Below are positions 27,333 through 35,336 of a DNA stretch of 64,000 nt, piece after piece. This stretch comes from Bacteroidales bacterium (GTDB lineage Bacteria; Bacteroidota; Bacteroidia; Bacteroidales; UBA932). The notes below the pieces were generated by a model that was given only the letters and a program-made list of their open reading frames with translations, did not search any database and was not told where the DNA came from. Each line of letters opens with the position of its first letter. Within the stretch, counting starts at the first letter, position 1. The DNA lies in contig JAFZVU010000087.1 of the NCBI GenBank assembly GCA_017617655.1, positions 610-64,609 on the forward strand, in the 5' to 3' direction. The translations under genes were made by a program, and so were the position numbers.

Positions 27333-28201
27333 CATCCTTCAAGTACAGCGACGAAAACATCTCCGCACCGGTAGCCTACTCATCATTAGAAACGATGCAC
27401 TCCGTTGCGGAGATTGTTTTGCCGTTCTACAGCGAGGAAAAATCGCGGACCATGATTGAAGAGGTCTGGACCCGCACAAAAGAAGCGGAAAGCAAGTTCA
27501 ACCGCTTCGACAAGGGCAGCCCCCTGGCTCTTGTAAACAGGACGGCCGCGGAGGAAGAGGTCGCGGTAGATGACGAGATGTTCATGGTGCTGGAGATGTG
27601 CAGAGTGTTCTGCAACAGTACCGACGGATATTTCGACATAACTGCGAACCGGATCTCCCGCTCAGCCTCCAGGGGGGTGAAGAACTTTGAACTTGACGCA
27701 GACCGCCACACCGTCCGCTTCGCCGACCCTACGGTCAAGCTGGATCTCGGAGGTTTCGCCAAGGGATACGCACTTGAAAACGCATGTAACATCCTGAAAA
27801 AGCAAAATGTCACATGCGCCTTGTTGAATTTCGGGAACAGCTCCATCTACGCCCTGGGCACCCATCCCTACGGAGACCACTGGCCGATTTCGGTAGAGCA
27901 CCCGTACTTCAGAGGAAAGTGCGCGCACACGTTTGAATTGAAAGATTGTGCTCTGTCCATCTCGGGCAAGAACAGACGGGGAGCCGGACACATTATCGAC
28001 CCGGCCACCGGAGACCATATAGAAAGGGACGAGATGCTGGCCGTGACAGGCCCCTCTCCCATGGCCTGCGAAGTGCTTTCAACTGCCCTGTATGTCGCGC
28101 CGAGAGAGAAGAGAAAAGATATACTGGCCCGCTTTAAGGGCTATTCGGCAAGCGAGATTTACTGCTTGACCGACGGAAAGACGAAGGTTATTAAAGTATA
28201 G
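27329..28201 (+). CDS. apbE: FAD:protein FMN transferase (ApbE family), no recognisable signal peptide
   Basis: ApbE motifs FDITAN, LDLGGFAKGYALE and HIIDPATG. The N-terminus MTSFKYSDENISAPVAYSS is not hydrophobic. Confidence 0.82.
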   Translation: MTSFKYSDENISAPVAYSSLETMHSVAEIVLPFYSEEKSRTMIEEVWTRTKEAESKFNRFDKGSPLALVNRTAAEEEVAVDDEMFMVLEMCRVFCNSTDGYFDITANRISRSASRGVKNFELDADRHTVRFADPTVKLDLGGFAKGYALENACNILKKQNVTCALLNFGNSSIYALGTHPYGDHWPISVEHPYFRGKCAHTFELKDCALSISGKNRRGAGHIIDPATGDHIERDEMLAVTGPSPMACEVLSTALYVAPREKRKDILARFKGYSASEIYCLTDGKTKVIKV

Positions 28202-28213
28202 AGAAACATAAAC

Positions 28214-29506
28214 ATGGATAAATTATTGACCCGTAAAGAGTTCCTGTCAAACCTGGGCAGCATGTTCGCAGTGGGATCCGCCATCTCGCTGTTCCCGTGG
28301 CTCACTTCCTGCACCGAGAAGGGGCAGAAAGAAATCGAAGGACAGGTTGCAAAGCTGGGTATCATAGGCACCGGTTCCCGCGGCCAGTTCCACATTGCCA
28401 ACCTGCTGGTTGACAAAAGCGCGAAGATCGTAGCTCTGTGCGACGACTACGAACCCCATCTTCAGGAGGCAGCTGCCATGTGCCCCGGTGCGAAGCTTTA
28501 CAGCGACTACCACAAACTGTTGGACGACAAGGATGTGGACGGCGTCATCATCTGCACTCCCCTGAACTGGCACGCCGTGATGACTATAGATTCGTTCAAG
28601 GCCGGCAAGCATGTTTTCTGCGAGAAATCCATGGCTTACTCCATCCAGGAATGCAAAGATGTAATAGCCGAATGGCAAAGAAGCGACAGGGTGTTCGTCG
28701 TAGGACAGCAGAGACTCTTCGACCCGAAATACATCAAGGCGATGGAGCTCATCCATTCGGGTGCTATCGGCGAGGTTGTCGGCGTACGCAACTACTGGTA
28801 CCGCAACAACGACTGGCGGCGTGAGTGTCCGTCTCCCGAGCTGGAGAGGCGCATCAACTGGAGACTTTACAATGCGAGCTCCCGCGGTCTTATGACCGAG
28901 CTGGCCTGCCATCAGCTGCAGAACGGCTCTTGGGCCATGGACCAGTATCCCGAGTGCGTTACCGGAATGGGAAGCATCCGCTTCTGGAAAGACGGCCGCG
29001 AAGTGTTCGACAACGTGGCAGTCACCTACGAATATCCCAACGGAGTCCACATGACCTTCGAGTCGATAATCTCCAACAAGCACTTCGGCATGGGCGAGTT
29101 CATCCTCGGCTCGGAAGGCACTATCGACCTTGTGAAGGGTATAATGTTCAGTGAGAGTCCCGCATACCGCAGTGGTATCGAGCAGTTCCTGATGCAGATC
29201 AAACAGGGTATCCTGAGCAACAGTGCATTTGCAGGCAGCAGCTGGTCTCAGGAAGACGCTTCTACCGACCCGGGCGTCCGCTTCACCGACAAGATAATCA
29301 CCACCGACGGTTCAAGCAGCACTGGCGCGACCAACGACGGCTCTGTCGAACTGGCCCATGCGTTCTGTCATGCAGTAATCACCGGCCAGCAGCCCGACAA
29401 GATCGTCAAGGAAGCATACTACGCTACTGCTCTCGCCCTTATGGGAGACCAGGCTTCTCACGAAAAATCTACGTTGTATTTTAAGGACGAAGACCGTATC
29501 CTTTAG
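28214..29506 (+). CDS. Gfo/Idh/MocA family oxidoreductase, probable Tat-type lipoprotein
   Basis: Signal TRKEFLSNLGSMFAVGSAISLFPWLTSC and Rossmann motif LGIIGTGSRG. It has a serine/threonine-rich loop DGSSSTGATNDG. Confidence 0.82.
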   Translation: MDKLLTRKEFLSNLGSMFAVGSAISLFPWLTSCTEKGQKEIEGQVAKLGIIGTGSRGQFHIANLLVDKSAKIVALCDDYEPHLQEAAAMCPGAKLYSDYHKLLDDKDVDGVIICTPLNWHAVMTIDSFKAGKHVFCEKSMAYSIQECKDVIAEWQRSDRVFVVGQQRLFDPKYIKAMELIHSGAIGEVVGVRNYWYRNNDWRRECPSPELERRINWRLYNASSRGLMTELACHQLQNGSWAMDQYPECVTGMGSIRFWKDGREVFDNVAVTYEYPNGVHMTFESIISNKHFGMGEFILGSEGTIDLVKGIMFSESPAYRSGIEQFLMQIKQGILSNSAFAGSSWSQEDASTDPGVRFTDKIITTDGSSSTGATNDGSVELAHAFCHAVITGQQPDKIVKEAYYATALALMGDQASHEKSTLYFKDEDRIL

Positions 29507-30208
29507 CTATTCCGCTTTTCCGGCAGCACGCTCAGCCCCGTAGGCGAACAGCGCAAAATCTCCCAGGCAAGGATCGCCTGGGAAGATTTTTTTAAGCCCT
29601 TGCGTAATCTCCAGAGCGGTGCGCAGGTCGGCCTGTTTGCGGCTTGTAAGCCCTGTCTCCAGAGCGACGCGGTGGACATGCACGTCCAGAGGGATTATCA
29701 GGTCTGCCGGCGAGATATGCTTCCACAGCCCGAGGTCCACTATGCCGTCGTTGCGCACCATCCAGCGGCGCAGCATATTGATCTTCTTGTTGGCGGCCGA
29801 AGGGTCGCTCTTCTGGCCGTAGATGCGGGTGCGCATCTCGTCCTGAGACAGCGCTTCGAGGCTGTCATTGCAAGCATAGAAGTCCTTGAGATTGCCACAG
29901 ATACGCGCAAATTCACTCCATTTGACCGTGCGGTGCAGACTGCAGTCATCGCAGCGGTAGCAGCCGCGCATCACATACTCATACGGCCGCCATCCCATCT
30001 CGTCGAAGGCCCGGTTGCAGTCGCGCACGATCATGTCCCTGCGGCCCCACGCCAGATGGGCTGCAATAACAGCCGCAATCTCCACGTCCTGCAGACATGC
30101 CTCCCCCCTTTCCATCAGCTGAGCGAAGTGCTTCGGGAAGATGATGGGGTCGGTGGTGAAATACTCGGGAGAATTGTATTTCCTAGCGTATGATTCCAGC
30201 TCATGCAT
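29507..30208 (-). CDS. TIGR02757 (DUF2400) family protein
   Basis: 233 aa; DPIIFPKHF, AAHLAWGRRDMIV and IIPLDVHV resemble this family, recalled from memory. Confidence 0.6.
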   Translation of the reverse strand: MHELESYARKYNSPEYFTTDPIIFPKHFAQLMERGEACLQDVEIAAVIAAHLAWGRRDMIVRDCNRAFDEMGWRPYEYVMRGCYRCDDCSLHRTVKWSEFARICGNLKDFYACNDSLEALSQDEMRTRIYGQKSDPSAANKKINMLRRWMVRNDGIVDLGLWKHISPADLIIPLDVHVHRVALETGLTSRKQADLRTALEITQGLKKIFPGDPCLGDFALFAYGAERAAGKAE

Positions 30209-30262
30209 GTGACTAATTTACTACTTTTATCAGTATCTTTATATCACGAAACACTATTATTG

Positions 30263-31462
30263 ATGATGGACGGATTCAATTTCGACGAAGTAATCGACCG
30301 CAGAAACACCTATTCAGTCAAATATCAAGCTCTTAAGGCTCTGTTCGGCAGAGAGGACATCACCCCTCTCTGGGTAGCCGACATGGAGTTCCGCTCTCCG
30401 GAGTGCATACGCGCAAAACTTGAAGAATATGTCAACTCGGGCATCTACGGCTATGATGCCGAGCCGCCCCAGATGAAGCCAGCCATACAGAACTGGCTCC
30501 TCCAGGAGCACGGCTGGAAGGTAGAGTGCGACTGGATAAGCTTCATTCCCGGCATCGTAAGGGGCATCGGACTTGCCGTGAACTTCTTCACCAAGCCCGG
30601 CGACAAGGTAGTAGTGCAGTCTCCCGTCTACCATCCTTTCACCAACGTGCCGAAGGGCAACGGCCGCATAGTGCTGCGCAACCCTTTGAAGGACGGAAAG
30701 ATGGACCTCGATGGTCTGGACAGCCTGCTGACCGCCGAAGCTCCCGTGAAAATGATGATACTCTGCACCCCGCACAATCCCGGAGGCTATATATGGAGCC
30801 GAGAAGACCTCGTGGCGGTCGCAGAGATATGCCACAGGCACGGCACCCTCGTCATAGCCGACGAGATCCACAGCGACCTCTGCCTCTGGGGCAACCGAAA
30901 CATCAGCTTCGCCTCGGTAAGCGACAAGGCCGCCGAGAACAGCATCACCTTCGGCGCTCCGTCCAAGACCTTCAACATCCCGGGTTTTGCATCTTCGTTC
31001 TCTGTGATTCCCAATCCGAAGCTTGCGAAGCCTTTCTACGAGTGGCTCGAGGCGAACGAGTTCAGCTCACCATCTGTATTTGCTTCTGTAGGCATGATAA
31101 CAGCTTTCACCGAGGGAAAGCCGTGGCGCGACGCCGCGCTCAGGTATATTGAGAAGAACATACTCTTCCTGGAAGACAAGTTCGCCGCGTTCCGCGCCGG
31201 TGGAGTGCAGCTGATAAACCCCATAAGGCCGGAATGTTCATACCTGGTGTGGCTGGACTGCCGGCAGCTTCTCATAAGGCTGACAGGCAGAGACAATCTG
31301 CAACCCGAAGACCAAGCATTGCTGGAGGACTATTTCGTGAACAAGGTTAAGATAGGCCTGAACACCGGCACCATGTTCGGCCCGGAGGGACTGGGATACA
31401 TGCGTCTCAACGCAGCATGCCCTCGCAGCATGTTGGAATTCGACCTTCCCGAAGTAAAATAA
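30263..31462 (+). CDS. PLP-dependent C-S lyase (MalY/PatB-type cystathionine beta-lyase)
   Basis: FDEVIDRRNTYSVKY, MEFRSP and the PLP lysine context GAPSKTFNIPG. Start set at the ATG at 30263. Confidence 0.82.
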   Translation: MMDGFNFDEVIDRRNTYSVKYQALKALFGREDITPLWVADMEFRSPECIRAKLEEYVNSGIYGYDAEPPQMKPAIQNWLLQEHGWKVECDWISFIPGIVRGIGLAVNFFTKPGDKVVVQSPVYHPFTNVPKGNGRIVLRNPLKDGKMDLDGLDSLLTAEAPVKMMILCTPHNPGGYIWSREDLVAVAEICHRHGTLVIADEIHSDLCLWGNRNISFASVSDKAAENSITFGAPSKTFNIPGFASSFSVIPNPKLAKPFYEWLEANEFSSPSVFASVGMITAFTEGKPWRDAALRYIEKNILFLEDKFAAFRAGGVQLINPIRPECSYLVWLDCRQLLIRLTGRDNLQPEDQALLEDYFVNKVKIGLNTGTMFGPEGLGYMRLNAACPRSMLEFDLPEVK

Positions 31463-31465
31463 GGA

Positions 31466-32560
31466 TCAATAAGTAAGGGTCTGAGGGTCGGTATTGGGGC
31501 CGAACACCTTCAGATGGCCGTCCTTGATCTCCATCTCGTCTATGAATACAACTCGCTCGCTGCCAGTAGCGGCAGTGCGGCCGTGGTATACGCAGTAGAG
31601 ATGCTTGCCGTCATGCGAGCGGGTGATGCTGTTATGTCCAACGCCGGTGACTATGCCCCCGTCCTGGGTGTTCTTCTGGAGCACGGGGTTGTCGGCAGAT
31701 TTTCCGAAAGGACCGAGAGGACTCCTGCCGGTAGCATAACCTACCGCATAGTTCTCTCCCGCATAGAAATTCGATGAATACATTATGTAGTAGATGCCGT
31801 CACGCTTTATTATGAAGGACCCTTCCGTCCAGCGGCGGTTCACTTCTCCAGAAGTTACGGAGCGGCTCTCCCACTCGGCCTGAGTGTCGGACATGGTCTT
31901 CGGCGGGCAGAGCAGCAGCACCGGTTCTCCAATAACTCCGCTGAAATCGGGTTTCAGCTCGACTCCGTATACCCAGCTCTCTTCAATCTCGTCGAAAAGA
32001 CCCTGCTTCCTGACCCAGTCAGCCACTTCGCTCTCTACCGGATGTTTGTAGCAGCAGCGTGAGAAATAGAGGTAGCATCTGCCGTCATCGTCGAAGAGCA
32101 CATTGGCGTCAATGGTAGGATAGCCGGGCTGGAACAGCGGGCCGCCCATCTCGACGAACGGGCCTGTAGGAGAATCGCTCACGGCCACGCCGATGCTGAA
32201 ACGCTCCTCGTCGCCGTACGGGTCGTCCTTGGTATTGGCGCTGAAGAACATGTAGAACTTGCCGTCCCTCTCGTATACCTCAGGGGCCCAGAAGCAGTCC
32301 AGCGTCCATGAATCAGGATTGTTGCCGTGATAGATGGCTCCCTGATACTCCCAGTTCACAAGGTCGGCAGATTTATAGCAGCCGAAGCCGTCCCGCACTC
32401 CGCCGGTGCCGTACATATAGTAGTTGCCGTCGGAAGCCAGCAGCACGTAAGGGTCGCCGAACTTGACGTCGAGGGGATTGTTATACTCAATCTGTTTGCC
32501 TGACTTGCAGGAACATACGAGCAAAATTGCAGTCAATGATAAAAACAGAATCCTTTTCAT
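31466..32560 (-). CDS. Glycoside hydrolase family 43 lipoprotein
   Basis: Signal LLVCSC and GH43-like five-bladed propeller signatures (FGDPYVL, WAPEVYERDGKFYMFFS, EGSFIIKRDGIYYIMYS). Confidence 0.78.
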   Translation of the reverse strand: MKRILFLSLTAILLVCSCKSGKQIEYNNPLDVKFGDPYVLLASDGNYYMYGTGGVRDGFGCYKSADLVNWEYQGAIYHGNNPDSWTLDCFWAPEVYERDGKFYMFFSANTKDDPYGDEERFSIGVAVSDSPTGPFVEMGGPLFQPGYPTIDANVLFDDDGRCYLYFSRCCYKHPVESEVADWVRKQGLFDEIEESWVYGVELKPDFSGVIGEPVLLLCPPKTMSDTQAEWESRSVTSGEVNRRWTEGSFIIKRDGIYYIMYSSNFYAGENYAVGYATGRSPLGPFGKSADNPVLQKNTQDGGIVTGVGHNSITRSHDGKHLYCVYHGRTAATGSERVVFIDEMEIKDGHLKVFGPNTDPQTLTY

Positions 32561-35334
32561 ATTTGTTCTACTTTGTTGTTTTTCACATACCAGATATAAC
32601 CTTTGACGCGGGAGAATCCCATCTGTCTGAGCAATTTCATATATCTGCCCACCTGCCAGCGATAGCCCTTGCGCTCCTCTCCGAACTTGTAGTCTACCAC
32701 TACAGTCTCCCCACCCCTTATGACAACCCTGTCGGGGCGCTCCACGTTGCCGTCGGTATTTATTATCGAGAGCTCGTTGTAGACAGTGTTGCCGGCATCG
32801 AACCAGCCGTAGCCCGATACAGACTGGACGGCCTCGGCCAGCATGGCCTTCACATCTTCTGCGTCTGCAGCGGGAAGCACACCTTCCGCCACTGCATCTT
32901 CCACAGCCCGCGGCAGATCTTCAGGCACGGAGACTGACGCCAGGATGTCATGCAGCACGACACCTTTCTGACGGGCCCCTGGCTCCTCGAAGAAATCCGC
33001 TCCCGAATATGCCATCTCTATCCTCGGCCTTGCGGGAACATCTTCTTCGCCACTTTCCTCCTTTTCCAGATAGGGTATCGACACGAAGCTGTCAACCGGT
33101 TCCTGGATCCTGTTATCCTTGTCGTCCGGGGCGGGAACATATCTCTGGGGACTTCCGAATCCATATACGTTTCCACCCTCCTCGACGGGTTTGCAGCACT
33201 GCTCGAGCATCCTGGCCATGCTCTCGGACACTGCGTCGATGCCTTCTTTCGAGCGCACTGCATAGATATACATCGCCTGCTTCGCCCTCGTCGTAGCCAC
33301 ATAGGCTGCATTTATCGCATCGACAGCCTTGAGGAAACGCTCCTTGTAATAATCGTCACTAAAGAAAGTGTCTTCAAGTGGTTTGACAAATTTCACCGGG
33401 AACAGACCTATCTCGCAAACCGCGGGCGGAGGTGTAGTCCACAGGTAGGACGCCTTCTTGGATATGAACGGCTCGTTGAAGAACGGTATCACCACAGCTT
33501 CCAGACTCAGACCTTTGGACTTGTGATATGTCATCACCCTGACGGCATCCTGCCCTTCTGGCACTGAAATATACCTGCTGCCTGAGGCAGTGTCTTCCCA
33601 CCATCTCACAAAAGCGGCCACGTCGGAGCCATAGACAGAAGTGTATTCTGCCACAATGTCGAGGAAAGCGTTTATGTAGGGGATATCTCCCTTGGACACC
33701 TCTCCGACCCATATCCTGATGACGGTTTCGCACAGGTCGTACAACGCACCCTGGACCGACAGACTCTGACTGAGATCCACGCCAAGCTGCCGCAATTGCT
33801 CGTTGCAGACATCGTCGGTGCCGGAGCTGAGGTATTTGAGCACGGCGACCAGTTTCTGCACCTGGGGGCAACCTGACACAAGCAGCGATTCGTCAGTAAT
33901 TACCGCATAACCCTCGGCTATGAGTTTGCGGGCTATATCAGACACCTGCTTGTTGTCCCTCGCCAGGACAGTAATGCTGCCGGCCGGGAAGCCGTGGGAG
34001 CGCAATTCTTCTATGGAAGAAACCATCCACTCCAGTGCGTTAGCCATGAACTCCGCCTTGCGGGCATAATCTTCAAGCTGCACCTTGACATAGCCATCCA
34101 GCTCTTTCCACTCCTGCTGGCCGGCATCCTTGTAGATGTCTGAGATTCCGGACGAGAACTCGTCCGGCAGCCATTCTCCTATGCGGCCATAGAGCAGGTT
34201 GTTGAATCTGATTATGTTGCGTGCGCTGCGCCTGTTGACGTCCAGTGTCTCGAACCTGGCGACCGAAGCATCGAAGTCTCTTGCCAGTCCCGAATTGAGA
34301 GTCTCCCAGTCGGAGCCTCTGAAGCGGTATATGCTCTGCTTTATGTCGCCCACAATCATGCAGTCCTTGCCCTTGGCCAGACTCTCGCGGTAAAGAGGCA
34401 GGAAATTGCTCCACTCCACCCGGGAGGTGTCCTGGAACTCGTCGAGCATCAGATGGTCGAAGCGGTTTCCTACCTTTTCATAGATGAAGGGAGCGTCTGA
34501 GTCGTCAATCAGCTTGCGTATTGTCTCCTTTGATTCCGACAGCATGACCAGGTTCTTCTCCCTCAGGATATCTGTCATCCGCGCATAAATGTCGCTGGAA
34601 ATGCCCATGATGCCGACAGAGTCGATTATTATCTTGTCGGTCTCGTTGAGTCTCTTGGCGTATTCGTCGACGTTCCTGCTTCTCGGAGGATACTTCTGCC
34701 TGAAAGCAGCCATCCTGTCGGCAGCTTCCTTGCGGACGCGCTCTATTACCGCCCTGTCCTGTACGAAGGACAGACCGGGCAGACCTTTCTTTATCCTGAA
34801 ATCTTCCTGGAGGAACAGCTTGCTGAACTCTTTGAGGCTGGATGCTATGTCATACGAACCTCCCTTCTCCACCGATTCCAGGGCGTACGCCACCATCCAG
34901 TCAAGCAGCGGAGCATTCTGTTCGTCATCGAGCGAATCAAGCATGGAATCGACAGCGGCCGATATCACTCCCTGCTCGTCAAGTTCGACACGGGACGAAC
35001 CGTTCTGACCGATCTCCCGCGCAAAGGCACGGATTATCTGGAGGAAGAACTTGTCAATGGTTGTTATCGAGAAATTCGAGTAATCGTGGAGAATGCTGAC
35101 AAGCACCTTGCCGGCTTTACGGCCGTCCTCGCTGTCTTTTTCAGCTTCTTTGGCCAGGGTTTCCAGCACGCGCTGCTTCATCTCGTCAGTAGCCTTGTTG
35201 GTAAAAGTCACGGCGAGGATATGCCGGTAGGCATCCGCATCGCCGGACTGCAGCAAGTACTGGAGATACTGCTGTGTAAGGGTGTGCGTCTTTCCGCTGC
35301 CCGCCGATGCCTTGTATATGTCTACCTTCGCCAT
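32557..35334 (-). CDS. UvrD-type helicase with C-terminal PD-(D/E)XK nuclease (AddA/RexA-like)
   Basis: Walker A ASAGSGKTHTL, DEFQDTS, and a C-terminal nuclease motif RPDRVVI...VVVDYKFG. Start set at MAKVDIYK (35334). Confidence 0.8.
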   Translation of the reverse strand: MAKVDIYKASAGSGKTHTLTQQYLQYLLQSGDADAYRHILAVTFTNKATDEMKQRVLETLAKEAEKDSEDGRKAGKVLVSILHDYSNFSITTIDKFFLQIIRAFAREIGQNGSSRVELDEQGVISAAVDSMLDSLDDEQNAPLLDWMVAYALESVEKGGSYDIASSLKEFSKLFLQEDFRIKKGLPGLSFVQDRAVIERVRKEAADRMAAFRQKYPPRSRNVDEYAKRLNETDKIIIDSVGIMGISSDIYARMTDILREKNLVMLSESKETIRKLIDDSDAPFIYEKVGNRFDHLMLDEFQDTSRVEWSNFLPLYRESLAKGKDCMIVGDIKQSIYRFRGSDWETLNSGLARDFDASVARFETLDVNRRSARNIIRFNNLLYGRIGEWLPDEFSSGISDIYKDAGQQEWKELDGYVKVQLEDYARKAEFMANALEWMVSSIEELRSHGFPAGSITVLARDNKQVSDIARKLIAEGYAVITDESLLVSGCPQVQKLVAVLKYLSSGTDDVCNEQLRQLGVDLSQSLSVQGALYDLCETVIRIWVGEVSKGDIPYINAFLDIVAEYTSVYGSDVAAFVRWWEDTASGSRYISVPEGQDAVRVMTYHKSKGLSLEAVVIPFFNEPFISKKASYLWTTPPPAVCEIGLFPVKFVKPLEDTFFSDDYYKERFLKAVDAINAAYVATTRAKQAMYIYAVRSKEGIDAVSESMARMLEQCCKPVEEGGNVYGFGSPQRYVPAPDDKDNRIQEPVDSFVSIPYLEKEESGEEDVPARPRIEMAYSGADFFEEPGARQKGVVLHDILASVSVPEDLPRAVEDAVAEGVLPAADAEDVKAMLAEAVQSVSGYGWFDAGNTVYNELSIINTDGNVERPDRVVIRGGETVVVDYKFGEERKGYRWQVGRYMKLLRQMGFSRVKGYIWYVKNNKVEQI

Positions 35335-35336
35335 GA

